Notes: a model not told the origin generated them from the letters alone. Shown: positions 39,373 to 53,337, counted from the first letter of the stretch. The stretch is 64,000 nt of DNA from Gnetum montanum (GCA_015680685.1 MNCI01002250.1:509693-573692), one strand, 5' to 3'. Made by a program: numbers and translations.

Positions 39373-40192
39373 TGATGAGTGGCAAGGTACCCCTACACTC
39401 AACCATACAAATACAAGCATTTTATGCATGATTCGGTCAAACTCCGTAGACGAGCTAGTTGTGGTATCTAGATAGTTACTTGTTGATTGCAGTTTTTCAT
39501 CTTCCCACCTGGACTAGTATTTGCTTTGTCATGTATGGTTTAGTCCAAAGTAAGGTGTATGATGTGGTTTCTAAAGTAGTGCTACTCTTGGAGACAATGG
39601 AAAATAACTTGAATTAAGCTAGGAGGAAAAGGGAGAGAGAATCTAAGATAGCTTAAGTGCGATGAGCATCTGTCCCTTAATCATCCATACACATCTTGGA
39701 CCTCATGCACAACTACTACTGGGATTACCAAGTGCATGTCCTAGGTACACTACTGGGATACCAAGTAGTCACACTTGAATGCTCGTGATTAAGTCATACT
39801 CATTCCACATTTAAGGAGTTTAGTTTGAAGAGATATTAACTACGAAAGCAATAAATAACAATAATAATTAAATAATTAAACTAAGTGAATGCTGCAATGA
39901 TGAAGTAATCTCGATCTTTATTTCTGGTCATGTGCGTGTCCAAGTACGTCACACTCGAATAAAGGATGTCATACAATTACAATCATCACATTGCAGGCAT
40001 GCACTGGGAGAAAAGGTTGAGAAAGACTAAAAATGAAAACTAATTTCTAACTAAAAACTTTCCTACTCCACCGTGTGCCTAAGGTATATTTATAGGCCTG
40101 CACAGGAGCCACAATATTGCGTATACAATATCGTGAGCCAGGCTGCGATATCGTGTACGTGATATCGTTACCTAATGAATCGCGATTCATCA
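39373..40192 (-). repeat. 3' LTR of element C
   Basis: Colinear with 44644-45476. Confidence 0.92.
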
Positions 40193-40371
40193 TATCCCCA
40201 TGACTGAATGAAAACTCATCCTCAAGTTAAACAAAATGAGAACAAGCCCCATTGATTATACAGTGGATAGGTATGGGATTATTGACTAACTAGAAATTAT
40301 TCATGTCGTAGTGTGGGATTGAATAAAAAAAATTGGGACACAGACGTAGAATTACAAAACTTTTTTGGAAC

Positions 40372-40782
40372 TCATGTGGTTCCAGGTGGCGATGGTTCCT
40401 CCATGGGTGCCTTTCCTTTGTCCTGTGCACTAGGCTTTTGAGATTGATACCGTTGAAGAAGTGTGTGATGTTTCTTCTCTTTTATCCAAGGATTATGAGG
40501 TATCCATGTTGATGTTCCAATGTTTGATGGAGTCAGCACCTCCCATGGACATGGTAGCTACGGGAACACTTGATTGGCCTTGACATGTCATGCTGCAAAT
40601 AGTCATTATTCCTCTTCATAGGCTCAAGCCCTGATCGTGTAGTAACAGGAGTTCCCTAATGGATGCTGAATGATTGTGCCTCCTGCTCCACATGTTGCAT
40701 GAGGTCCTTGGCCTTTTCCTTCCCTTGGGCATTTAGTTGCACCTTGAGAAGGTCTTGCTTGTTGTCCTCTTTTAGGGGTCAT
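40372..40782 (-). pseudogene. Internally deleted ORF2 of C
   Basis: The N-terminus MTPKRGQQARPSQGATK and the C-terminus DKGKAPMEEPSPPGTT* match the two ends of the A ORF2; the junction is near 40630. Confidence 0.75.
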
Positions 40783-41569
40783 CTATAATCACACAAAGAT
40801 CAATTGTTGGTAAGGTTTTTGAAAGAAGTTCAGTTATTTCATACCTTACTAATTACCTTTAGTAATTGTTGAATTCTTTGCTTAGTGTGATTTTAGAGTT
40901 AGAAATTTTTTCGAGGAAGTTGCCCTAAAAGTTGAATGTCAGACTTGGTTTGTTTAGGTGACACATTAGAGGAAACATAATGGTTTTGAGGAACGTTTGA
41001 TAAAATGATGACAAAGGAAAGAATAGATTTAACAATGAAGTGCTTGGAGGGTATAAAATGGTGTGGTGGTGTGTAACAAGTATAAATTACAAAAGTCACA
41101 TAAGTGGGTCCTCCCCAAAGTAGGTTCCAACCTATAATGCCCTTGTGTAACCACACCTTAAAATGTCCATAGGCACTAGAAGGGTTAAATGTAATTCACA
41201 CCAGTTCCACAAAACACACACATGTAGATGCCACGATGATGAGGTATAAATTCAACACTACACAAGTCACGAGTCACAAATACATGAACAGCAAGATGAG
41301 GCGACTTGTAGAAGGAATTGCAAAGATTGGGATATGAGGTAATTGGCCCAAGGCCTAATGAATCCTGTGTAAGGCATGATTAATGTGTCATTAACCCATC
41401 GCTCCAAAATCAGGACCAAGTCCATTCCTTTAATCAGTGACATCGCATTGTTTTATCCCAATGATAGACAACAATGAGAGCATCATGATGGCAAGGCGTA
41501 TGTTCACTTGACATTTTGTACAAGGGAGGAGTGATTTTGCTTTGTGGCACTCTTCTTCTCTTTTCTCTT

Positions 41570-41643
41570 CTCTCTCTCTNNNNNNNNNNNNNNNNNNNNN
41601 NNNNNNNNNNNNNNNNNNNTCTCTCTCTCTCTCTCTCTCTCTT
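41570..41643. repeat. (CT)n microsatellite spanning a 40-N assembly gap
   Basis: CT runs flank Ns at 41580-41619. Confidence 0.9.
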
Positions 41644-42259
41644 TGATCTCTTTTTGAATGAATGCTTAAGCCAGAGAAGTGGCCTACCTTCAGGCATGGG
41701 TGCATGTCTTTCCAGTGGGACCCCTTGTAAAAGCATTGGATTTCTTTGATTGAGTGCCTTTTGATTACTCTTACTCCCATTTTTCATTAGATCTACAAGG
41801 ATCTTAGTAAAACCAAGCTACATGATAACTCCCATAGATGTCACCAAAGAGAATCCACAAGTCCCCTTGATGTCACACCCTAGTCATTCCCACTTAGTCC
41901 ATCCTTCTTCACTTTGGGTATAATGAGCATAAAATTACTTTAAGTTTTAATGATGTCAAGAATATCATTGGACCCAGAGAAGAACTTCTTATTAATAGAA
42001 TGGACGGGTGGATGTGATGGGCTCACTGTCCAAGTAATTAGTCACCTGAGACTTGAGAGCAGAGAACAACACCTTAACCAATGAGTCACATGAGTGCTTT
42101 ATTCATAGATGAGATTACTCATGAAAAGATTAAAAAAATAGAAAGATAAAGCAATAAATTAAAAGGTGAAAAATTAGAAAAAAAACGTTGAAAAATTAAA
42201 GAAATAGAAAACATTTATTAATTCTACTGTTGTTAGAATGGAGGTTACCCCCCATAGCT

Positions 42260-44505
42260 AAACAATTGAGCATGGCTAGAATTAATAAATGGAAGGTTTG
42301 GATCCAAGCATTTTGGAAACATTAGAGTCCAGTCATACTTACCCCATTTGGGTTCACACACTTGATTAGAGTTGACATAGTGGGGTAAGTTATAAGATGT
42401 GGTTAATTTATAAGGAGTTGACCCACTATGGTACTTGCAACTGTAAGAGGGTATGCAAGGATCAACATGTCTCCCCATGTGGCTATATTCATTAGGCCCC
42501 ATGGTTGTTGGAGTATTGAGTGGTGGCCATGATAAGGTAACATGAAGTGTTGGGTTCAAAGAGGAAGATGCACCACAGTGTTGGACTTATACTAAGTTGG
42601 CGGATGTAGTGGTTTCTAAATTGTGGTATCCCTTTCTACAATCACGTCTAAAGAAGGGACACCTATGATGTTGTGGAGGATTCCCACTACTGTTGATAGT
42701 AGAAGCACAAGTAACGTTTGTGGGTTGATGCTATGGTGCAAATCCTTCAAGTGCAATTGGTGGTCATGTAGAAGGAGGTGAAGGATGAGAATTTTGAAAT
42801 TGAGGAGAAGTGTAGGGTACCCAAGGTGGTGGTCCTATTGGTGAGAATATGGGTTGATAGTATTGAGAAGAATAATAATAATGTCGCGAGATAGAGGATG
42901 TTGACCTATTTGGGGAAACAAGATGTTGAACTTGATAAGCACTTAGGTTTGGATGGTATCAAGGGTATAACCAGTTTGGGGATGGCCTCCCCCATGACTG
43001 GGATTGTTGCCATTGTGATTGAACATAGTATTTTTGTACGAACTCTAGATGTAACTTTCTTTCCCAATGCTCATGAAAATGTGACAAGAGTGGGCATTAG
43101 CCCTTGGGATGATCGTACATGTAAATGTTACATTGATACGTATGATTGGTAGTTAAGTTCTTATTCTCTTCATCCCTTCTTTTTGATTGTCTAATATGTC
43201 ATGTTTCTTAGTTCATCATGACTCTACCTCCAATAATATTGGCATATTCTCCACATTTTTCATGTATCCATTCCATCATCCTATTGATCTTTGCCTCAAC
43301 TTCATCCAATGATTGTAGTACTGGCAAAGATGATTCCACCTCCTTGCAGTGAGTTGATTTCTCCTCTTCATAATCATGGGCTTTTGTTGATTTTTGGGGC
43401 GTTGAGATTTCTCAACATTCTCCCATTTAGCTAACTCCCCTTCTTCTTTTGCTACCTGCTTAATAAGCTCTTGGAGTTGGTGGGTTCGTAGCTTGTATAG
43501 TTGACCTTGAGCATACATCCCTAGGGTCTCCCTTGTTTCATTATAGAGCCCATCTATGATATGGTACATTAGCCTTTCCTTGGAGAACCCATGGCCTGGG
43601 TAGTTGTTTAAAAATGCATGATATCTTTCTAAGGCCATGTACAAGGGTTTATGTTGCTCTTGTTTCCATTCTTGGATTTTTCTCCTCAAGGCCAACACTC
43701 TGGCATAGGTTTGATATCATTCAGTAAAGAGTTCTATCATTGTTGGCCAACTACAGATTGATTTTGGTTTTAGGGACCTATACGATACTTTTGTGTGACC
43801 AATGAATGTCATAGGAAATAGCTTAAGTTTTTGCCATCCATTATGAATGTTTTTCCATGCACAGGCATCGTAGAAGGCTTGTAAATGTTGTTGCAGATCC
43901 AAATCGTAGCCTCCTGCAAACTTGGGAAAGTTATTTAAATCAAGCCTGGGTAGACGACTTTCCTTGCGATGCCTGTAGGATATTCGAATGACCTTTTGTA
44001 TAGGCATTAGGCTCTTGGTGGCTAGCAAGGGTTCATCATCACTAAGTGGGTTATGAGTTTGTGTGTTGGGATGATGTTGTCCTTGTTCATGTTGGCGTTC
44101 TCGATTTTCTTTATGAGCTTGATTTTTAGTTCTACTTCGATCCCTTAAAAGATAGTCATCCGTGTCACAATCTGATGTTGAAGGAGTAAAGGAAGAGAGG
44201 GAACTGTAAAACTTGTTATGACTTTTACAAGTTTTCTAATCATCCCCTAACAGATTCTTGTTAGTTATCAAGAAGGTCCTAGGCCTTTTGAGCCTCCTCG
44301 TTCTCTAGGATGTCTCATCCTTACTAGAGGTGTCAGAGTTGGAAGACAAAAGTCTTCGAGTATTGTTAGGGTGTTCATGAACATAGGGGATTCTTGCATA
44401 AGGTTGAGTACTCCAAAATTTGTCTTCATCATCATATAATTTGTTAGTTCTCCAATGAATTGCCTTACTCATTGTTGCATTGTCAGAGTCTTATGAGAGA
44501 GACAT
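42260..44505 (-). pseudogene. Decayed gag-like ORF of C
   Basis: ORF-track fragments 43717-44028 (FPKFAGGYDLDLQQHLQAFYDAC...KLKLFP) and 43276-43698 (PGHGFSKERLMYHIIDGL). Confidence 0.85.
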
Positions 44506-44624
44506 TTTTGTGGGTGGTGTGTGACTTAATTGAATTTATTTTAATTTCTTTTCTGAAGGATATATTATGAATACTTTGTTACAGCGATCTTGTATGATAT
44601 AACTAATCTAAATAACTAACACGA

Positions 44625-44642
44625 TCCCCGGCAATGGCGCCA
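44625..44642 (-). other. Primer-binding site of C (tRNA-Asp type, Athila signature)
   Basis: TGGCGCCATTGCCGGGGA, one mismatch from TGGCGCCGTTGCCGGGGA. Confidence 0.88.
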
Positions 44643-44643
44643 A

Positions 44644-45476
44644 TGATGAGTGGTGAGGTCCCCCTACACTCAACCATACGAATACAAGCGTTTCACACAC
44701 GATCTAATCAAACTCTATAGATGGGCTAGTTGTGGTATCTAGATAGTTACTTGCTAATCATAGTTTATTGTCTTCCCACCTAGACTAGTATTTTCTTTAT
44801 CACGTATGGTTTAGTCCAGAGTGAGGTGTATGATGTGGTTTCTAACCTAGTGCTACTCTTGGAGGCAATGGAAAATAACTTGAATTAAGCTAGGAGGAAA
44901 AGGGAGAGAGAATCTAAGCTAGCCTAAGTGTGATGAGCATCCATCCCTTAATCATTCGTACACATCTTAGACCTCGTGCACAACTACTACTGGGATTACC
45001 AAGCGCATGTCCTAGGTACACTACTGGAATACCAAGTAGTCACACTTGAATGCTCATGATTAAGTCATACTCATTTTGCATTTAAGGAGTTTAGGATGAA
45101 GAGATATTAACTATGAAAGCAATAAATAACAATAATAATTAAATAATTAAACTACGTGAATGCTGCAATGATGAAGTAATCTCGATCTTTATTTCTAGTC
45201 ATGTGTGTGTCCAAGTACGTCACACTCGAATAAGGATGTTGTACAATTACAATCATCACACTGCGAGCATGCACTGGGAGAAAAGGTTGAGAAATACTAA
45301 AAGTGAAAACTAATTTCTAACTAAAAACTTCCCTGCTCCATCGTGTGCCTAAGGTGTATTTATAGGCCTGCACAGAAGCCACAATATCATGTATATGATA
45401 TTGTGAGCCAGGTCACGATATCGTGTACGTAATATCGTGGGTGTGATATCATGACCTAATGAATCACAATTCATCA
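44644..45476 (-). repeat. 5' LTR of element C
   Basis: Adjacent to the PBS; has one extra 14-bp U3 unit relative to the 3' LTR. Confidence 0.92.
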
Positions 45477-48400
45477 TGTATGATGGAAAAAAGGGAATTG
45501 GAAGAGATGCTCCTATACCAAGGAAGGAAAAAATCTATTTATAAATTATCGAAAATCAAAAACAAGAAATGTAAATACATTGATTATGTTAAATACATTA
45601 AGGAAGTAGATGAAAGAATTTTGGTAAAAGTTAATGAAATTTTGGATAGGTGAAAAAATTATTTCAAAAATTATTAAATGAAGAATTCCCCAGAGAAGAC
45701 ATCTAATAAGAAGAACCAAATTTTGGTTTGGTTAATGGACTTTCCTTCTTTGAGGTGAAGATAACCTTATCAAAGATGAAAAATGGAAAATTTGTTGGAC
45801 CAAATAATATTCCTATAGAAGCTTAGAAAGCACTAGGAGATACATGAGTTTGTTGGTTGACACAATTATTTAACAAACTTTTGAAGGATGGAGAAATGCC
45901 CAACAATTAGAGAAAAAACATTACAAAAATAAAGGAAACATGCAAAATTGTGCAAAATATGGAGAGATCAAGCTAATGAGCCATACTATGAAGCTTTGGG
46001 AGAGAGTCATAGAGCAACTCTGTCTTGAATCAATAGGATTAGAAAATCAATTTCAATTTATGCGAGGGAGATATACTATATATGTTATTTTCTTAATACG
46101 ACAATTAATGGAGAAATTTAGAAAACATAGAAAAATCTACATGTGATCTTCATTGATTTGGAAAAAGCATATGATAGAGTTCCTAGAGATATTATTCAGT
46201 GGAACTTGTAGAGGAAAAAAATCTCGAATAAATATATTAAAGTTATTGAATACATGTATGAAGGAACCACCATTAAAATTAAAACAACTTGTGAAACAAC
46301 ATATGATTTTCTAGTCACAATAGGTCTACATCAAGGGTCTATGCTTAGCCCATACTTATTATTCATTATTGTGGATTAATTAACAAAGTAAATACAAAAT
46401 GAAATCCCTTGGTGTATACTATTTGCAAATAATATTATGCTGGTGAATAGAACTTGAGAAAATATTGCTTCTAAAATGAAGTAAAGACATGCTCTAGAAT
46501 CAAAAGGCTTAAAAATTAGCAGAAGTAAGACATAATGTATGGATTTCAATTTTAATAACAACATAGCTAGTGGTAAAATAGAAGTGATTAAATAAAGGCC
46601 AAAAGGTCCCTCATTACAAATAGTTTAGCTACATAGGATCAATCCATCAATTAGATAGTAAAATTGATAAAGATATAAGAAATGAAATTGAGGCAAGATG
46701 GTCAAAATGTTAGTGGTATTTAATGTGATAAGAGAATACTAATAAAACTAAAGGGAAAATTTAACAAGATAGTAATCATGTTTGCTATATTATAAGGTGC
46801 TAAATGTTGGGCCTTACAAAAGAGGCATGAACAACAAATTAGTGTGGTAGAAATGTGAATGTTTCAATGGATGTTACCAAAAGAAATAAACAACATAATA
46901 GAAACATTAGATAAAGACTTAGATTGATTTCTATTTTAGATAAGCTATAGGAATGGTGATTTAAATAGTTTAGACATGTGCAAAGAAGATCAAACAATAA
47001 GCTTGTAAAAAAAGGTTGTTCCATCATTATTCCAAGAAAGCCACCAAAAAGAAGACCAAAGAAGACATGGAAAAAAACAATCAAAGATGATTTCAAAAAA
47101 CTACATATAAATAAAGATTTAGCTCTTCTTAAATGTGAATGATAAAAAAAAATAAAAACAAAAAACTCATGTAGCTAACCCCATTTTGGTAGGACAAGGC
47201 TAGAATAATGATGATGATGATGTATCAAAGTGTGTTATTTGTTAGTTAAAAATTTTGAAAAATTAATTTCTAATTTTAAGAATTTATTTAGATTCACAAC
47301 AATTTGCTTTAGGATTTTTCAGATATTTTTTGGAAGGATGAAAACTCTTTTTTTTTTCTTTTAATTCAAAATTTGCTTATGAGACTATTACAAAGAATGA
47401 TTTTATTTGTAGAAAATTCAATAAGATTTAGAAAATGTAATTATCATCAGACTTTTAGATGAGGAAAATATCAGATATTTGGAGAGCCCCTCAACTTCCT
47501 ACAGTTTGTATTTTTTTTATAGTGTTGTATTAGCACTCATCTTAAACCTATGAAAAACATTTCTCCTCAATGTCCTCTTTGTAGAAGTGAAGACTCATTT
47601 TCTAATGTTTTTCTTAGTGTCTTATTGCTACGCATGGTTGGAAATGGACATCCAAAATTTGTAACAACTTTTAACTAAGCATCAATGAAGTCATGGTGAT
47701 CAACCTACTTTGTCTACTTTCTTTCTTTGTATTTAGAAATGTCTTCAACCATGTATTTTCTACTCTATTTGGAAGTTTTGGTATGTAGTTGTTTTCTAGG
47801 AGTAAGAGCATAACTATGACTTCTTTTCAGCAATTAAATACTACATTCTCAAAGATGTTATTTTTCAACTATAACTTCAAGCGAAAAAGCTCCCAATGAA
47901 AGTTGAACAATTAATTTATTTTCTATAGTATTAATTTCTTTCTATTTTAGAGGATTAAGGATGGGAAGCTTTTAGCATTTGTTACTATTTGTTCATTATT
48001 TTTTACTGATGTTTATAGAGTTTTCTCCTTTCTTTACAAGAAATTCTTTAGTGAAAAATAAAACCCCATTAAGGAATTTCTGAAAGAGGGTAATACCTAA
48101 TTCTTTTCCTAACTTAGAGGGGAGGATTGATTATAAAGATGAAAACCTAAAAGGCATGCCCAAAACCATTGGGCTTTCTCTTTAGCCTCTCTCTTCAATG
48201 ATCTAATGTACTCTGATCTTCTTAAGCTAAATATGTGTTGTTTTCATCTTACTAGTTATAAGTTAGATTTTAATAGGCCACTAGCATACCTAAATTGTTT
48301 ATTGCATTATGGTAAGAGGTTGTTGGTTCAAGTTGCACCTAAGCACGTTTATCATATACCTAAATGCTACTAAAATATTTATAACTAAAACTGAAATTTG

Positions 48401-51296
48401 ATTATACTTATATAGGGGATGTTGAAGCCCTAAAATAATTATAATATAGGTACATCCCAAGATATATAGTCTAATTACAATTGCATAACTCAACATTGCC
48501 CACCAAAATCATTCCCATGACATAGAGATTTCAAATTAAGAGTCTTGCCACTAGGCTCACACCTCATTGTATATACCCAAAGGATTTACTCAATAAATTA
48601 CTTTGTATAAAATATATTAGTAGCAATAGATCCTAATCACAACAAATGTGTCAACTATTCATGTAGCTTAAATATTAGTAATTAAAAACTCACTTATCTT
48701 TATAAAAGTAAATTATTAATGTTAACATTCCTTCTTTCTGGCATATTTTCCTTTACCTCATTTTCAACTTCATCACTATTCTACCTATCCTTATAACATG
48801 AAGTTATTAGTTTTTGTGTCGTAGAAATTGTTTCACTCTTCATATCTCATTCAACTCAAGTTATTGTGATAAGGTTGAACCAAATTTCATCCTCACTTTA
48901 CATCCAAACAACAAATTTTGACATAGGCATAACATATTCACTAGCCTTAAGGGCATAAAAATAGTTTATCTAAGTAATGTTAGGGAACCAAAAGTCACTA
49001 TATCACTAATGTTGACTTGACTAGTTTTTTCTTAGTAAAATAAAATGTTGAATTTAATTATGAAGGATTACAGAGAGAAAGAGTATACAAGGCTTTCTTG
49101 ATATCATCAAAGGCTTTTTGACATTTTTAATCCTAGGTGAAGAAGTAAGACTTGAGAGGAAGATGAGAGAGAGGCCAAAAATAATTGGTAAGATTAAAGA
49201 TGAAATGTTGAATGAATTGGAGTTGTTCTTAAAAGATGGATTAAAACTATCCCACTCTTGGAGACTAAGACACTAAGCATCTTTCCCATTATAATGCTAA
49301 CTATGCATTTCTTGGAATTAAGATGAAGGTTAAACTTATTACAATGAGAGAAAATGGTATAAATATTATGAAGATGATATGAGGCTAGCTTGGATTTGTA
49401 TCACAACCTAAAAATTTACATAGCATTAATTATTTAATTTAATGCATGTGATTAACTATTTAATGTTATCATATGCATTTTTATAGATTAGCTCTAATTT
49501 TCTAGGTTAAATCATAAGATTATATTATTATCACTACTACTGTTATTATTGTTGTTATTGTTAGTTTCCTACACAAGTGAATGAAATCTATTTGCTAGGG
49601 TATTTTGTTAAAATTTTGTATCCTTCTTTATTACTATTGAAGCTTGGTTATAGATATTATAAATCTTTTATGATTAAATGTTAAAATCCAATTACCCCAA
49701 GAAGTTTGTTTTATCAATTATCATGCCTTTACAAGCATTTGGGTATGCATATTTTCTTCTTTATGCACATTCAATTATGTATATCCAATCTTTATTATGC
49801 AAATTCAAATATGCACATTTATGCTTTATTATGCACATCTAGTTATGCATATTTTATTTTTATTATATATATGTGATTATATAATACTGTATTCATGGAG
49901 TAATTTTGGACCCTAATCTTATCCAAACAATATTCCTTGTCAATTTTCATTGTTAAACTAGAATTTGGAGTTCATTTTTAACTATAATTAAATATTGCAT
50001 AAATCAATTTTGTTAAGGAAATACCTTAGAATGATGTCATACCTAGAATTTGACCTTACTGATGAATCTGTGGTGTTCCAAAATGTTAGTTTTGACCCTT
50101 AATTCACTAGAAATAGAGTTACAATTTTTGAGATATCACATTTTTAGTTTACTAAAAATGCCACAAAGTTTTGGCATTTGAACTAGGCGACTATGATAAG
50201 TGAATTCTAGATATGATTTTAGTAGACAATTGGCTAAAGCACATGATAGGAATTCCATAGGTTCAAAAGAAGCTTGATTTAGACTTCTAATGTGCTTGTT
50301 ATGAGACCTTAAACCTTAGAAGTATTAGTGGGGAGAGAAAATGAAGAGAAGAACTTATGAAAAATGTTTATGTAAAAAATTTATTAAGTTAAAATTAAAA
50401 ATCAAAGCTAAAAAGTTAACTTCAGGTCATGTGAGGTAGTTTGAAAAAGAATAAAAATCATATAAGCTTGTAAGCTTATATAAAAATTATATAATATACA
50501 TTTTTCACTACCTATGTTCCTTAGCTACTTCGCATGCATGTTTGCTTTTCTATTTCAAAACAAAAACCAATTCTTGCCTTCGTCCTTCATATCCAAGCCA
50601 ATATAAACCCTGTTTCTTCCATTTCTAAACATGTACCAAGCCCAAGCGTCACATTGCATGTGATTCCTCTACTTAGAAATAGATTATTAGATCTCATTTT
50701 TGGGTTGTAAAGGGTTTTTGGGGTGTTGTGTTTAAGAGAAGTAAAAACTAATTTTGAGCATTAGGTGGAAAGGGAAGACACTTAGAAGATTCTAAAAGCC
50801 CTACCTGTACAACGAAGAAAAATTATTTTACTTTCTTTTTTTTATGTAGCTACCCAATTTTGTTGTCAATTTTGTAAAAAAATTTATTTTACTTTCCCTT
50901 TCATGTGGCCATCCTATATTGTTGCAAATTTTCTATTCCTTCTTTTTGCTTTTTGGTTTTTTGTTATGCTTCTATAATTTTCATTATTATTTTAGATTCT
51001 ACATAATTTTTTTCCTTTTCTGCCTATTTTTATATGAAAAATAGTATTTTGATCTTATCTAAACCATTTTCTATCTTTTGGATGAATTTTTAGAATATGT
51101 GGAAACTTTATGTAACTTTCTTCTCAAATATTTTATGATTTTCTTGGATCAACTCTTGATATAAACAAGACTGTGTGAGAATTTCTATGGAAATTTAGCT
51201 ATTATGAATTTTTTGCTACTACAAAAATCTTTTCAATTTGAAATATATTAAAATACTGTACCCTAAGTGGCTCAGTTGGGGTCTCAAGGATAATCC

Positions 51297-51620
51297 TATG
51301 ATAGTAGAAAGATTATTCTAAGACCTATCGGTGTGTCCCTTTGGTAGTGAGAATAATGAAGAGCTAGCCTTTGAAGATGCTTGGATAAAATATATAGTTT
51401 TTGAATTGTCGGAAAAATTTGTGATGTCTTTGGATATTAAATAATTGAAAGAATTTTTCGATGATAGTAGTGAGGTTATTCCAAGACCTGTCAATATATT
51501 CTTTTGAAAGTGAGGATAACCAAGAGCTAACCTTTGAAGATGCCTAGATAAAATATACATTCTTTAGATTTTTCAAAAATTTGTGGCATTTTTGGAATTT
51601 GAAACATGCTTGATTATTTA
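51297..51620. repeat. Degenerate tandem duplication of about 162 bp
   Basis: Both units contain ATGATAGTAG...AAGACCT...GAGCTARCCTTTGAAGATGC...GATAAAATATA...AAAAATTTGTG. Confidence 0.7.
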
Positions 51621-52249
51621 ATTGAAAACCTTTACCTGGCCCAAATCTTAAGACTTTTAGCCTAGAATCTTTATGCTCTATGAAGAGAGAAATAAAGTAA
51701 ACTTTCTTGTTTGAGGGGTTCTAACTCATCCTACATTTTGATGTAAAGAGTCAAGGGTAGCCTGAGAAACATCAAAAGAGGGATATGAAATAAAAGGTGA
51801 ATCAATTCTGTACTAGAAGGACTCTTTAAACTTGAAAAATAATGTTTGTAATTTTTTTATTTTTTGTAAAATAGAAACCTTATACACTTTTTAGATACTT
51901 GAACCATGTACCTAGTTTTGTGAATAAATAATAAAGTATGGTAGATATGAAATTGTTGTCTATGCCATTTGGACCATGAGATTGCAAGGATTATTTTTGA
52001 TTTCAACATGCACTATATGTTCGGGAAATTTTAATATTATTTATTATATATTAATATTTTATTTAACTATTATTTTTAATTTAATTTGGTAAAATTCAAA
52101 TGTGAATATGTTTATTTCTAGATGTCTGATTAATGTGAAATAAGTGTCATTGGAATCATTATCTTACATACGAGTTCATTATAAAACTAGTGAAATTTTT
52201 CAACATCTACATTTTTGTGACTATGCAAATACCTTTTCTTCTCTATTTA

Positions 52250-53337
52250 GATTTAATTTAATTATGTATACGAGTAATATGAAATTTTGTCACGTTGTAT
52301 TACTCTACCGTATTTAAGCTTCTAATTAATAATTTCTATCTATTTAATGGATTTCTTTTACATTAGTAAATTTTCACAACACTTCTATTAGTTATTTGTA
52401 GGATTTTATAGATAGTTAATAAGGATGTTATAGTTTACCAATAAGATTAATAACATAATCATTGGCACTTTGGAACATCATGTCATTGAAGATGCTACTC
52501 ATAAATTATTGATATGTTTCTCTAGCATTCTAGCATTTTTAAGTCCAAAGGCCATTTTGGTATAGTAAAAAGTGCCCCAAGATTTTATGAAAGTGGTATA
52601 TCACTAGTGCTCTCAATTTATCTAAATTTGGTTGTATCCAAGAAAAAAAAATTCATCCATGAAGGACAAAAAAGCATGAACAACTATGGTGTTGATAAGT
52701 TTATCTATGTTGGAAATAAGAAACTCATCCCTTCTTAAAATCGCAAAAGTCAAGTACAAATCTTAATGCTCCCATTCTTCTTGGAAACCACAACCATGTT
52801 ACAAACTTCATAATAGTTGACCAAATGGATAAAACTTGTATTTTAGAGCTTGGTTATAGCTTCATTGATAGCTAAAATTAGGGTGAGATGGACCTTGCTA
52901 ACCTTTTGTTTAATAGGTTTAGCTCATTCTTCTAGGATGATGTTGTGTTCAATTAGATTTAGATCGAGATTAAACATGTTTTTATAACCTCTAGCAAATG
53001 TGCTAGAGTACTTTTGAACAATATTGAGAATATATTATTATTGGTCTAAAGATAGTAGAGCCCAAAACTAAAGGATTTTCTTAACTCCTTTATGACTCTT
53101 GATAGATAGTTTGACAAGCAGATCATTGGTAATGATAGGCTTGTAATTAAGGAAAGGAAAATAAAATTTATGAAGAATATTGTCTTTAGTAAGATCTAAA
53201 GATGTTGTAAGGTCATCAAGAAATGATGAATTAGACAAGAAGTCAATAAAAAATAAGTCTGAAGATTGACATATCAAGCTAGAATGATCATCTAGAACTA
53301 GAAGTTCATAAAGTGATAAGTATGAAGTAGGATCCAT
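52250..53337 (-). pseudogene. Tat-like gypsy RT relic (copy 2)
   Basis: MDP...FARGYKNMFNLDLNLIEHNI...KPIKQK...MVVVSKKNGSIKIC...MAFGLKN...DYVINLI; homologous to copy 1. Confidence 0.75.

Larger units (their letters stand above)
39373..45476 (-). mobile_element. Element C: non-autonomous Athila-like LTR element (gag + internally deleted ORF2)
   Basis: LTRs at 39373-40192 and 44644-45476. TSD TATAT/TGTAT. Near-perfect PBS at 44625-44642 and PPT at 40193-40205. Confidence 0.93.
38485..45520. mobile_element. Solo LTR (about 0.93 kb) inserted in the RTE and itself split by element C
   Basis: TG...CA termini and TSD ACGAA/AGGAA (4 of 5). RTE homology continues across it. The pieces are 38485-39372 and 45477-45520. 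Confidence 0.75.
37765..47222 (+). mobile_element. 5'-truncated RTE-clade LINE, split by nested insertions at 38485-45520
   Basis: Endonuclease C-part TQIDYFL and KFIKWWNL. YEKLGTNE resumes as ..KSIYKLSK after the insertion. RT motifs IKLMSHTMKLWERVIE, FIDLEKAYDRVPR, GLHQGSMLSPYLF and PWCILFANNI. Typical plant RTE 3' end CATGTAGCTAACCCC...AAGGC...(TGA)n. Confidence 0.92.

Noticed and set aside
45505-45520. GATGCTCCTATACCA resembles a reverse tRNA-Met PBS
   Set aside because: It is followed directly by the TSD and RTE sequence, so it is better explained as the solo-LTR terminus.
48700-52200. Probable LTR/UTR remnants
   Set aside because: CpG-depleted and repeat-like, but no boundaries or family signature could be fixed.
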